Of a DNA stretch of 64,000 nucleotides, positions 52,535 through 64,000 are shown piece by piece (the first letter of the stretch is position 1; every line of letters begins with the position of its first letter). The position numbers and the translations under genes are program-made. Origin of the DNA: Felis catus. Taxonomy: Eukaryota. The DNA lies in contig NC_058368.1 in NCBI RefSeq assembly GCF_018350175.1, positions 144,090,001 to 144,154,000 on the forward strand, written 5' to 3'. The notes below the pieces were generated by a model that had not been told where the DNA came from, did no database searches, and was given only the letters and a program-made list of their open reading frames with translations.

Positions 52535-54079
52535 TTAAAAATTTACTAATTGCTTAATTTGTTCTGTTTGCAATGATTGTCTCCTTAACAACATTTTTTT
52601 ACTTTTGAATTCTTTGGGGAACATAGGAACTGTTGGCATTAGCACTTTTTGACCACAAGAAAGGAGGCTGGAAATCTTATTATTGACATTGATATCAGAG
52701 ATGGGGGGATGAGGATTCACATTTAAGGGTGGCAGAAATCCTGGTCTGGCTTGCGTGATACCGTGATCTAAAGGGAAAGCTCCTGAACCACGCCTTTCTA
52801 AAATTGCATGATTTCTCCGGCTCAAGGGACCTGGTGAGATATTCTCCAACAATTCTTTGGGCCCTGACAACAGGGAAGGAGACGGTGAGAGGATCTTTTT
52901 CTTTCCTATAAGTGCTTTGCCATCTTCTAAAGTTGCAGGGGTAAGACCAGCCGAGAGCTGGGAATCAGAGCTGTAGTGATTTGCCCCTGAGTTTCTTTTT
53001 TGGACTATACTTCTTAAGGTGGAAGCAAATATCGTCTGGTTAGAGTCTGGATCTGGCTCAGCAGGGATTTCAATGCATTGCTGATTTCCTTCTGAAAAAA
53101 ATGATTGATAATTTATTTCATCATATGACATCTTTCTTGAGCTGGCCTGATCTAAGGCTCTCAGCAAATGTGCAGTGTCTTTTACATCAATGCTTTGGTG
53201 CCTAGTGATGAATCGCTTGGAAAGTGCCAGCCCATTGGTTTTGTAGGACAATTCTTCCTCTGGAGTAATATCCTGGAGCTCCTCTTGCAAGGAGGCCACT
53301 CTGTTTTGGTGCATGAATAAGGGAGGACTCTTGATCCAGGTTGGAGCCTGGGGTAGCTTGGGCCCATTAGAGGCCATAGAAGGCTTCCTCACAGGGGAGC
53401 CTGGGTCCTGTGTGTCATCACTATTTCCTGAGGGCTCCAGACCTTTAAAGCCAAAAAGTGTCATTTCAGTTTCAGAAGAATGTGTAAGTGGCAACGAAGC
53501 TGTTTTTATGTCTATTTCTGAAGGAGTGGCACAGGAGGCTGGGGAATGACACCCATCCATATCTACAGGAGGCATATTTAAGTACTGTTTGGTAGTGTGC
53601 CTACCGGAGGGTGATTTTGCTGTCGTTATAATAATGACCTCTTTCCCTTTTGCCTTGCAAGCACTAAGTAGAACTTTCAGGGTCTCTCTATCCTCTGAAT
53701 TTATAGCATAAACAAGGGCTGAGTAACTAGAATGATCTTGCAAGCTGAGATCAGCCCCACTGTTTAGGAGCAGGGAAACAACTTCAGGACCGGCTTTTTC
53801 TAAGCAAGCATGCATCAAAGCAGTTTTCCCAGATTTGTCCTGTATGTTGGGGTCAGCATTGTTTTCTAACAGGTATTTAACCATTTTGGCTTTACTGACA
53901 CTCTGATGATCAACATGTTTGGTCTTACAAGCGATCATTAAAGGTGTTTCCCCACGGTCATTGCTCTCATTAATGTATGCACCACCTTCTAGCAAGAGTC
54001 TTGTGAGGCGAAGCCGGCTCTGATGGACTGCTTTGATCAGGGAATTTCCATCACTTGAAATTTCTATACCTTCATCCAT
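52535..54079 (-). CDS. ANKRD34B: Ankyrin repeat domain-containing protein 34B (single coding exon, 514 aa)
   Basis: Long ORF with N-terminal ankyrin repeats (GETPLMIAC, GKTALMHAC) and C-terminus RRQSLQTEQIKQLVNF. The true ATG is at 54079 (AAGATGG); the track's 54085 start is a TTG. Acceptor AG at 54103-54102 with polypyrimidine tract and CTAAT branch point, so the exon begins at 54101. Confidence 0.96.
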   Translation of the reverse strand: MDEGIEISSDGNSLIKAVHQSRLRLTRLLLEGGAYINESNDRGETPLMIACKTKHVDHQSVSKAKMVKYLLENNADPNIQDKSGKTALMHACLEKAGPEVVSLLLNSGADLSLQDHSSYSALVYAINSEDRETLKVLLSACKAKGKEVIIITTAKSPSGRHTTKQYLNMPPVDMDGCHSPASCATPSEIDIKTASLPLTHSSETEMTLFGFKGLEPSGNSDDTQDPGSPVRKPSMASNGPKLPQAPTWIKSPPLFMHQNRVASLQEELQDITPEEELSYKTNGLALSKRFITRHQSIDVKDTAHLLRALDQASSRKMSYDEINYQSFFSEGNQQCIEIPAEPDPDSNQTIFASTLRSIVQKRNSGANHYSSDSQLSAGLTPATLEDGKALIGKKKILSPSPSLLSGPKELLENISPGPLSRRNHAILERRGSGAFPLDHGITQARPGFLPPLNVNPHPPISDINVNNKISSLLSCGQKVLMPTVPMFPKEFKSKKMLLRRQSLQTEQIKQLVNF

Positions 54080-54599
54080 CTTCAAAAGTCAGAATCAAAA
54101 CCTGGTTATCAAAGAACATGAAGAACAAAAGATTAGCCGGAATCCCAATTTATATTCATGTTGTTATTGATAATTTCTGAAATATATATGTATAGAGCAA
54201 CAGTACATAAAGGAGATTATGTTATTAATAGAGAACAAAAAAGTGAACTGCAAAATAAAATAAATTTTAGAATAGTAACAGCCTTTAGGTAATTATAAAC
54301 TAAAATTTACTTTCAAAATCTTGATCTAGTGCCAATGGAGTACTTCCCTAAATTCCACAATAATTAAACAATAATGCACTTATTTTCCACTTGTGAAAAA
54401 TATTTTAAAAACAATACTAAAATGTAAATTGAAGCAAAAATTCCAAAAGTGTGTGTAATTGCAACTGAATCAATTAAAATATGGCATATTTATGGCAGAT
54501 TAATCTAAAAACTTCTCAGGGTTAAATTACTTAAATGTGCTCTTAATTAAATAATGTAACTATTACTTAGATTTTCAATTTGAGGGCATTTCTGTGTTT

Positions 54600-56193
54600 C
54601 TTTTTTTTTTTTTAATTTTTTATTTATTTTTGAGACAGAGAGAGACAGAGCATGAGCACGGAAGGGGCAGAGAGAGAGGGAGACACAGAATCGGAAACAG
54701 GCTCCAGGCTCTGAGCCATCAGCCCAGAGCCTGACGCGGGGCTCGAACTCCCGGACCGAGAGATCGTGACCTGGCTGAAGTCGGACGCTTAACCGACTGC
54801 GCCACCCAGGCGCCCCCTGTGTTTCTTTTAAAGGATGAAAAATCATTTGAACTACAAGACATTAAGTAACTGACATAATGTCTGGAACTCACACTGAGAT
54901 GGGAATGGTGGGCATGTGATTATGCATTTTCCTTGATTTCATTATTTAAATCAAACACTAGATTATGAAGCCAGCCACATTCAGTTGGTTTACTTTTTTT
55001 TTTTTTTTTTTTTTTTTGAGAGGGAGAGAGAGTGCACATGAGCAGGGGAAGAGAGAAGCTCAGCAGGCTCCCTGCTGTCAGGGCAGAGCCTGAGGCAGGG
55101 TTCCTGGGTGGGTGGCTCAATCTCCCAAATCATGACATCATGACCTGAGCCAAAATCAAGAGTTGGACACTTAACCAACCCACTGAGCCACCCAGGAGCC
55201 CCTGCTGGGTTACATTTTGACAACAGTACATTTGCTCTGAGAAAGTTCTAGGCTAGAAATGTGAGTGAGGTCATGTAGTCTTTATAAGCATTTTATTTTT
55301 TATCTTTAAAACTAAAAATTACTTTTATTTAAATAATTTAGATTCAAACTCCTTCAACAGAGAATTCCATCAGTTGATAAGAATTATGTCTTTAGGGGCT
55401 CCTGGCTGGCTCAGTCAGTAGAGCATGCAACTCTTGATCTCGGGGATGTGAGTTCAAGCCCCACACTGGGCGTATAGCTTACTGAAAGAGAAAGGAAGGA
55501 AGGAAGGAAGGAAGGAAGGAAGGAAGGAAGGAAGGAAGGAAGGAAGGAAGGAAGGAAGGAAGGAAGGAAGGAAGAAAAAAGATTGTGTATTATGTCTTCA
55601 CCTAGAACTGAGGAAATGTTTGTTTTTGAATAGTGCTTAGAGCTGGGGAGAAAAATCAAATGGAGTTTATATTATATTTATTTATTTAAAACTTATTTAC
55701 TTACTTGTATTTTTGACAGAGAGAGAGGGCACAATGATCGAGGGGCACAGTCAGAGGGAGAGCGAAAGAATCCCACACAAGCTCCGCACTGTCAGCACCC
55801 ACCCTTGAAGCTGGGCTCCAGCTCACCCTACACAAAGCTCAAACTCACGAACCATGAGATCATGACTTGAGCTAAAATCGGATGCCCAACCAACTGAACC
55901 ACTCAGGTGCCCCAAGTTTACGTAATATTTAAATCTCTTTTATTTAATGAAGTAGGTATTAGAAATTGAGAAGTATTATTTATTCTCATTTACTTTTATT
56001 TGTTTAATGTTTATTTCTGAGAGAGAGAGCATGCACGTGTGCAAGCAGGGGAGGGACAGTGAGAGGGGGACAGAGAATCCACAGCAGGCTCTGTGCTGAC
56101 AGCAGACAGCCTGGTGTGGGGCTTGAACCCACAAACCATGAGATCATGACCTGAGCTGAAGTTGGACGCTTAACCTACTGAGTTAGGGCGCCC
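54600..56193. mobile_element. CanSINE cluster (-: ~54600-54816, 54993-55202, 55670-55913, 55995-56193; +: ~55394-55490)
   Basis: SINE heads, bodies and tails. Confidence 0.85.
55492..55575. repeat. (GGAA)n microsatellite grown from a SINE tail
   Basis: About 20 GGAA units. Confidence 0.95.
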
Positions 56194-56729
56194 CTATTTT
56201 ACTCATTTACTTTTAAATTAACAATACGGGACATGAGTTTTTATTGGATAATAGAATGGATAATAAGTATAATGACCTCTTAACAGAAAAAGAGGTGAAG
56301 AGAACAGAAAGAAAATGAAGGGGGAAAGAAGGCATGCACACAGAACCTAATCTAACAGTTGTAAGCTCCTATTATATCTTGGGCACGGAGCTACAAAGGT
56401 ACATGCCCTGGCCCTAAAGAGCTTACTCAGTTGTTTGGAAGAGACACCATATAAGCAGCTGGTTATGAGTTAAAGTCAGGAGAATATACAGACTTTGGTG
56501 GCTTGGGGACTGAGGGGCTCACAGAGGCCACCCAACTGAGCTGGGTTTGGACTGCTAAGAGTTTGGGAGGCAGACAAAGTAGGACGAGAGAAGTAGAGAA
56601 TGTTCCTTGTGCAAACACCTAGAGGTTTAAAATAGCAGTTATTTATCATAAATCAGGCTCTATTTATGCTGATGTAGCCAAACTTTAGAAAAATATTTTA
56701 GCAGATGGTAATAGTTAGGGTGAATGTGG

Positions 56730-57899
56730 CCGAACACACACCTCTACTTTTGCTCCTTCCTGAACAATCCCCTGAAACTAAAGAATTTTTTTTTAATTTT
56801 TAAAAAAGATTTTATTTTTAAATAATCTCTACACCCAACATGGGAACTGAACTCACAACCCTGAGATTAAGAGTTACACATTCCACTGCCTGAGCCAGTC
56901 AGGTGCCTGAAGAATTGTTAAAAAGACATAAATTCACAAGGATAGCACGAAAAGGAGAGAAGACAACAGCAACATTTGGAAGCCAGAAAGCAGGTGGACC
57001 AGTGGTGACCAAACTAGCCAACCTGAAAAGGCTGTGCCTCAGGTCATTTGTGATAAAGCTGATAACTAAGCCCACAGCCACTGTGGAATCCTCTAGAGAG
57101 GCAGTAAGCAGGAAGCTCTAGAACTGGGAGGGTGGTGGACTGAATGGCTAAAATAATGAGGACTAGGTGAAAAGTTGTCGGAGAAGCAGTTAGATCCCTA
57201 AGTCCTTGCTATTCACAATGGAACCCTACCTTGGACCAGCAGCACACCATTCCCTGAAGCTTAATCTTAGGCTCCATCCCAGACCTACTGAACCAGAGCC
57301 TACATTTTAACTAGATCCTCAGGTGATTTACATGTTCATTAAAATTTGAGAAGCACTGCCTCAGGTCATTCCTTCACTCCAAGCCACTAGGAGATAGGAT
57401 ACTACCCATCTCATCTGAGATGTCCAGAGCTTTATTCTCCAGAAATGGTGAAACAGAAGGACCTCTGGACTGGAAGACATCCAACATATTTGAGGACAAG
57501 AAAATAGGAAATAAATGATTGGATGCTTACTGACCACCGAGTGAAGGGACTCACAGCCTTCTCCCCAGTGCAACTCCAAGAAGCCTGGTAGCTGTACCCT
57601 TATTATTCAATATAATATCATTATACTCTCCTCTCAAGAATCTGACCTGTCTTAAAAAAAAAAAATACCTAAGAGTACTAACCACAGGGATTCCTTAACA
57701 CGCCACCCAGATCATCCTACAGTGAGGTTTAAAGATTATAAGCCTTGGGGCACCTGGGTGGCTCAGGTGGTTAAGCATCCAGCTCTTGATTTAGACTCAG
57801 GCCATGATCTCAAAGTTGTGAGATAGAGCTCTGTGTCTGGTATTGAGCTGGGCAGATTCTCTTTCTGCCCCTCCCTTGCTTGCTCTCTCTCACTTTCTC

Positions 57900-57979
<80 letters not shown>

Positions 57980-58094
57980 AGGAAGGAAGGAAGGAAGGAA
58001 GGAAGGAAGGAAGGAAGGAAGGAAGGAAGGAAGGAAGGAAGGAAGGAAAGAAAAGAAAAGAAAAGAAAGAAAAGAAAGATTACAAGCCTCACCC

Positions 58095-58146
<52 letters not shown>

Positions 58147-58410
58147 GAAAGAAAGAAAAGAAAAGATTACAAGCCTCACCCATGTGCTCAAGGCTTCTCA
58201 TCAGCTTTTTATTTTTTTAATTTTTTTAAAAATTTACTTTTGAGACAGAGACAGAGCATGAGTGGGGGAGGGGCAGAGAGACAGGGAGACACAGAATCTG
58301 AAGCAGGCTCCAGGCTCTGAGCTGTCAGCACACAGCCCTATTTTTATTTTTTCTAATATTTATTTATTTGAGAGAGAGAGAAAGAGTGCATGCATGGGAG
58401 CAGGGGTGGG

Positions 58411-58453
<43 letters not shown>

Positions 58454-59730
58454 CCCAAGCAGGCTCTGAGCTTTCATCACAGAGCCCAACGTGGGGCTTG
58501 ATCTCACGAAACATGAGATCATGACCTGAGCTGAAATCAAGAGCAGAAGCTTAACCAACTGACCCATCCAGGTGCCCCTTCATCAGCTTTTTAAATCAAG
58601 CCTTTTAATTATGAACAGATAATAAAAAACAAAACAAAGCAAAAAAAGCCTCTTACCTTAAAGATAGAGACCAGAACAAATAGGAAAAAAAGGCAACTTG
58701 GAGGAAACAGGTATTAGTCAGGAAAATGAAAATTTCAAAACCTCACTATCCTCAAAGAGATAAGACGATGTTGTAACCATGAAACAAAAATAAGATTCTA
58801 TGAAAAAAGAATATTCAGGGGGTGCCTGGGTGGCTGAGTTGGTTAAGCATCTGATTCTTGATTTTGGCTCAAGTCATGATCTTGCCATTTGTGAGCTTGA
58901 GCCCCACGCTGGGCTCTGCACTGACAGTGAGGAGCCTGCTTGGAATTCTCTCTCACTCTTTATCCCTGCCCACCCTCCTCAAAATAAATAAACTTAAAAA
59001 AAAAAAAGAGTATTCAGAGATCATAAAAAGGGTTCTTAAAAGATAAAAACACCATACAAACTGCAAAACTCAATAGAAGGGTTAGATGATAATGTTGATA
59101 AAATCTCTAGCAGTTAAGCAAAAAGAACAGGACAGGAAAAAAAAAGAAAATTAGGGGTCTACACTAGGAAATCGAACATTCAACTACTAGAAGTTCTGGC
59201 AAGACAGAAATAGTGGGGGTGGGAGAAGGGGCAAGCAGGAAAGGAAATGATACCTGAGATCAAGAAAAATTTCATGTGTGACTTGAGTTTCCAAATTGAA
59301 GGTGTCCAATTAGAACACAGCACAATAGATGAAAATGGACCCTGGCCATGGCACATGGTTGTAAGTCTCTAGAACACTGAAAGCAAAGAAGATTTCACAG
59401 GCTTGGGGGCAGGAGGTGGGGAGTGGGGTGGATAAGTCACATGCCAAAGTATCAAGAATTACAATGGATTCAGATATATCAACAATAGTAAAAGACAGTG
59501 GACGAAAGTCTTTAAAAATCTGAAGGCAAAATGCTTCCCAGCTTAGAATTCTGTATCTAGCCAAACCATCAGTCAAGATTGGAGATATACTCTTAATAAT
59601 CTACTGAAGGATATAATCTACCAAGATGAAACAGTAGAACAAGAAAGATGAAACAAGGTACCAGAGGCTGGAGATCATCTTAGAGGAGAAGCACAAGAAA
59701 TCCCAGGAAGATGGTGAAGGGCCAGGATAA
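56730..59730 (+). mobile_element. Degraded old L1 5'/ORF1-like region with inserted SINEs and a MER5-like DNA element (~57235-57359)
   Basis: ORF1-like text 'aaaactcaatagaagggttagatgataa', 'cagcttagaattctgtatctagccaaaccatcagtcaag'; MER5 text 'cccagacctactgaaccagag...tttgagaagcactg'. Confidence 0.6.
57900..58165. repeat. Compound (GAAA)n(GGAA)n microsatellite with a duplicated flank
   Basis: Tail of the SINE at ~57747-57900; 'aaagattacaagcctcaccca' occurs twice. Confidence 0.95.
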
Positions 59731-60147
59731 TGGATGTGCACAGACATCATCTCTGAGACCAACTATCATTTTACCATCTTCTTAACTGAGAACCAGATGC
59801 CCAGGTGAGCCTGCCCTCAGTTCTTATCTCTACTTTCTTCGTCCTGACCACGTCTCTCCTCCCTCCTCCATACTCTGCTTTCTGGGGCATCCGGTGCCAC
59901 TATTTTTAGCTCTGCTCAATTGTTCTGCTTTGACCTGCTTCGAGACCTGGGGATAAGTCATGGTGAGCCTAGGAGGAGAAGGACTGAACATTCATTCCCC
60001 TTGGATATCCAGAACCTGGACTATACTGAAGCCCTGCCAGAAGCCCTATAATGGTGAGCCCCTTGTTTCCCAGGACTCCTGCTCTTGCTCAGAAGGGGCT
60101 CTTATAAACACTGGGCCAAACTCTGATCCAGGGATTGTTAAACTTAC

Positions 60148-60262
60148 CTTCTCCTGAGAGCTTTAGTCATATATCGGTGCTATATGCCTTTCTTTGTTCA
60201 ACTACTTTTGTGCTTGCTACCTAGTTTAACAATTTACTTAAGGATCATATAAAAGTGGGAAA
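60148..60262 (-). other. ANKRD34B: Candidate non-coding 5'UTR exon of ANKRD34B
   Basis: Consensus donor AAG|GTAAGT on -; acceptor T-run + AAG giving an exon start at 60262 (alternative CTAG giving a start at 60220). Unique sequence; no transcript evidence. Confidence 0.45.
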
Positions 60263-60578
60263 CTTAAAAAAAAAAAAGTAATGATTAACACAGGAGTCAA
60301 GGGAAAGTTACTTTTTGGTGGGGGGAGGGAGAGCAATGCAATTAAGAAGGGACACACATTGCTTTTATTTTAAGGTTTGGTTAATGTTCTGTTTCTAATC
60401 TGGGTGGTTTGTTATTTATTTTATTATTATTCTTTAAAAGAACATATTCCACATACTCTTCTGTATGATAGTACTAATCTGTTGTTTTTTTGTTTTTTGT
60501 TTTTTTGGTAAAATAGATCATGTATACAGACAAGAGCATAATAGCACTTACATAAGATATGTTCCATAATTAAAATTT

Positions 60579-60995
60579 GTTTTTTTAGGGATGCCTGGGT
60601 GGCTCAGTTGGCTAAGCGCCTGACTTCAGCTCAGGTCGTGATCTCATGGTTAATGGGTTTGAGCCCTGCATCAGGCTTTGTGCTGAGAGCTCAGAGCCTG
60701 GAACCTGCTTCGGATTCTGTATCTCTCTCTCTCTCTCTCTGCCCCTCCCCCACTTGTTCTCAGTCTCTCAAAAATAAATATTAAAAATTATTTTTTTTTA
60801 AATTTATTTATTTATTTTGAAAGAGACAGAGCAAGTGAGTAGGGGAGGGGCAAAGAGAGGGAGAGAGAGAATCCCAAGCAGGCTCTGCACTGTCAGCACA
60901 GAGCCTGATACAGGACTCAATCTCATGAACTGTGAGATCATGACCTGAGCCAAAATGAAGAGTCGGATGCTTAACTGAGCCACCCAGGCGCCCCT
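60579..60995. mobile_element. Tail-to-tail inverted CanSINE pair (+ ~60588-60787; - ~60790-60995)
   Basis: Two heads at the outer ends; CATAATTAAAATTT duplicated around the whole pair. Confidence 0.9.
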
Positions 60996-61758
60996 CATAA
61001 TTAAAATTTAGAAGAGCCATCTTAGATCATAATTTCTTACAACGTAATTCAGCTTTGTGGTATTATCAATAGTATTTATGCCTAGACTTTCTTACACCTA
61101 GGAGTTTCAACTTGTGAGCTCCTGAAAGGCAGTATTCAAAAGAATATACTTATTCATTCTGCTTTAGCATCACTCATGATGTTGATAAGCAAAGAACAAC
61201 ATTCAATATATACATACATAAATATAATGAAAGTGAATGCCGCAATTTTTGTCTGCCTATGCGACATTCTATAAAAGCTATTCCAAAGCCGGGCATACCT
61301 GCAATTTGGGACCTTAGGAATTTAGGATTGGTTGACAGCTTGGGTCCCAAATGAGGTCTATTCTGAAGGCAAAGCATTTGAAAGGGGTTCACAAAAGAAA
61401 TATTTCAGCATTTTTCACATACAAATGGGTTTAATAAAGCAGAGATGTAGAGAAATTAGCTGCAACATAATATCAAATATAGAAACCATTTAGAAGCTGC
61501 AATTCTAGAAGAGATACAGTATTAGTCATGTAAAAACACCTTTGACCAAAAGTGACATTTGAGGAACATATTCAGATGAAAACAAGTTGCCAGACACCAG
61601 ATTTCAATACTATACTCTCATACAGTTTCTACTTTTGGGACCAAGCTTGTTTTGTTTTGTTTTTAAATAAACACTCTTACAAGAATCCTTTGGAAAGACT
61701 TTAAAATCTTTTCACCCACCCTCATGTTAAAGGCTTTCTCCACAACACTAAGCCTCAC

Positions 61759-62018
61759 CACTTTCTGTCATCATTTCTCTCACCAGGTTGGTATCAGAAG
61801 GTTCTGAGAAAAGAAGGGGAGCTGGCCATGTACTTCCGGCTGGGCTGCTTGAGGCCACTGCCCCACTGTGGTCCTGTGGGAAGGGAGGGTGCTGTGGGCT
61901 CCAGGGCTCTCTGAAGAAGCTGGGCAGTGGCACCACTAGCTAGTGGCAGCTAGTGAATCTGTCTTGTGGATGTAGGCATACTCCCTCTCCAGTACTCTCC
62001 TGAGTACTGGAGAACTGT
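61759..62018 (-). other. ANKRD34B: Candidate non-coding 5'UTR exon of ANKRD34B
   Basis: GC-richer unique block bounded on - by acceptor 'ttgttgctgttttttttctag' and by two G|GTGAG donors (exon ends ~61784 or ~61759). Confidence 0.4.
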
Positions 62019-62881
62019 CTAGAAAAAAAACAGCAACAACAAGGGCTTACTCTTTGTTCATTTTAAAGACTTCTAAAGCCCCTTGGGTTGCTCACTTTTT
62101 AAACTGTTCACATTTAAGTGGAATAATTCTAAAATTGTTTAAAATTAAGTTTCACAGAGAAAAAAGCTGTCAGATACGTTATTGTCCATAGATACACGTT
62201 TGGTTTCCTAGTGTCTCAGAATCAGTACCTTACTGGAATAATCCCTTTGTCTTTATGCTTTTACTCTCTCTTAGTTCTTTTAACATGGCTCATTCACCTG
62301 CACATCAAAAATGCTGATATTAAAGTTCAATTTATCTACTCTTCATAGAACTAAGCCCTACCTGTGATGAAGATCCTTCTCAAGCCTATGATTATCCTAC
62401 TTCAGAAATGTTCTTGCTTCCTGTCTCCTCCTGTGAAACATCCTCATTGAGTGCTGATACTGTATTAACATTCAGTCAGACCCTTTGTTATAAGGTAGCA
62501 TATAAATAATCCACAAATGCAGTTACACCGTCCAAATAGGTAACAGTTCAACTGGAGAAAGTTGAGGAGTCAGACAAACCCAGATTTCCATCCCGATTCC
62601 TCCATGTGCTAGCTGTATGCCACAGTTCAATCTCTCAGCCTCTGTCTTGGGTTCCTCATCTGTGGGATGACAAGGGTCTAAGGATCTACCGTTCATCCCC
62701 CGTAGGGGGTGGAGCAAGGTGATGAAATCAGACATCTAGAAAAAGACTTTCCTATCGTGCCTTAATACTCACTGTATTCTTCTTTTTACAAATTTTATCT
62801 CAGAATTTAGACTTCTTTTATTTTTATCATGTCTCTAATTCACAGGCTACTTAAATAACAGATAAAATATTTAAAATGTAG

Positions 62882-63098
62882 TTTTTTTTTTTTCAACGTT
62901 TTTATTTATTTTTGGGACAGAGAGAGACGGAGCATGAACGGGGGAGGGCCAGAGAGAGAGGGAGACACAGAATCGGAAACAGACTCCAGGCTCGGAGCCA
63001 TCAGCCCAGAGCCTGACGCGGGGCTCAAACTCACGGACTGCGAGATCATTACCTGGCTGAAGTCGGACGCTTAACCGACTGCGCCACCCAGGCACCCC
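62882..63098 (-). mobile_element. Young feline CanSINE
   Basis: TSD AAAATGTAGTTTTTT. Confidence 0.95.
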
Positions 63099-64000
63099 AT
63101 AAAAATGTAGTTTTTTAAAGATCTATGAATAATGTTTTGTAAACATAAATGGAATCTATTAAGTGAATATGGAAAAAAAACAGCCTTAAATGTACTTTCC
63201 TTATAATTTCCAAATAGAATAATTTCAGCATATTTAAGATTAATCAACAAACAGCTGGACGGATTGCTTTTTATTTTAAAATTAGAATGTCTTTAACATC
63301 TCTTAGGATTCATCATGGCATACTTACTATGCTCTTTTAGTGCCTCTCTCTACTCCCAAGACCCCGCTGAAATTACAACTTAGTTATTTAAGCAGATGTG
63401 TATTCTGAAGAACAAAGAAAACTTGGAGGACAGATATATTGTGAGAGGAGCAATTAATTTCAAACGAGCTTTGGAAAGAGAGTGGGGATGGTGGTGTACT
63501 AAACTGCCTCAGCATCCCAGAGGCTGCCACATAGAGCCGCTAGGAGGTGGCCCCCACATTGCCCACAGGACCCATGAAGTTTAGGGGCAAGAGGCCCCAA
63601 GTGCCACAGAAAGTGGCAATGAGGCACAGGGCGGAAAATGAGGGTGGTTCAAAGTCTGTGGACAGAACATCTAGACCCCTGGGGAACTTTTTCCCACCCA
63701 AAGTAGAGAACCACTGTTGTAGGCAAGATTTCTTCTCTGAACAGATCCATCAGAAAAGCTGAAAACAGAGGATAAAGTGAGAGTCTATGGGCTGAACAGT
63801 GGAATCCCCAGATCTCACTTAGCCCTGCTAGCAGGAGACTAGAAGCCAGGAAAAAGAAGTAAAAAAGTACTGGTCTTAGAATTATGAGCCCTATTAAAAA
63901 TACCTGTTGATAAATGAAGCAATTCAAATAACTGCATTCGCCCCTCAGACACCCACTCCAAATGGAAATAGAAAGTTACCTGAAAACGTTATTCAAAATT

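Noticed and set aside
54080..54085. Two-codon N-terminal extension (MK) of ANKRD34B in the ORF track
   Set aside because: It starts at a TTG. The ATG at 54079 has a strong Kozak context and gives the expected 514 aa.
57833..58320. Several Lys/Glu/Arg-rich or Phe/Leu/Ser-rich ORFs
   Set aside because: Translations of the (GAAA)n/(GGAA)n microsatellite.
62229..62370. Additional minus-strand donor-like motifs (CCA|GTAAGG, CAG|GTGAA, CAG|GTAGG)
   Set aside because: I cannot pair them with a convincing acceptor; transcript data are needed.

Overview
Mammalian genomic DNA from a cat-family (Felidae) genome, inferred from the many feline-type CanSINE (SINEC_Fc-like) and carnivore L1 copies. The window holds two convergent genes. 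FAM151B lies on the + strand: a CpG-island promoter at ~2.0-2.4 kb and six coding exons from 2296 to 37648 that splice in phase to 831 nt (276 aa + stop). ANKRD34B lies on the - strand: a single coding exon at 52535-54079 (514 aa), a 3' UTR running to ~50810, and candidate non-coding upstream exons near 60.2 and 61.9 kb; its promoter is probably beyond the right edge. The rest is mostly SINE, L1, LTR, DNA transposon and microsatellite. I see no evidence of a wholly new multi-gene system. The most notable observations are: (1) a clear L1 3' transduction at 40.7-41.3 kb and a weaker one at 12.9-16.0 kb; (2) a tail-less, 5'UTR-only L1 piece flanked by an apparent target-site duplication; (3) a fold-back inverted repeat that can base-pair across the FAM151B exon 2 splice acceptor; (4) Glu instead of the usual Lys in the FAM151 'KLDFK' motif; (5) an RFX X-box overlapping the FAM151B start codon, with a FOX site nearby. 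Gene and repeat-family names come from my recollection of those sequences, not from a database search, and most repeat boundaries are approximate.
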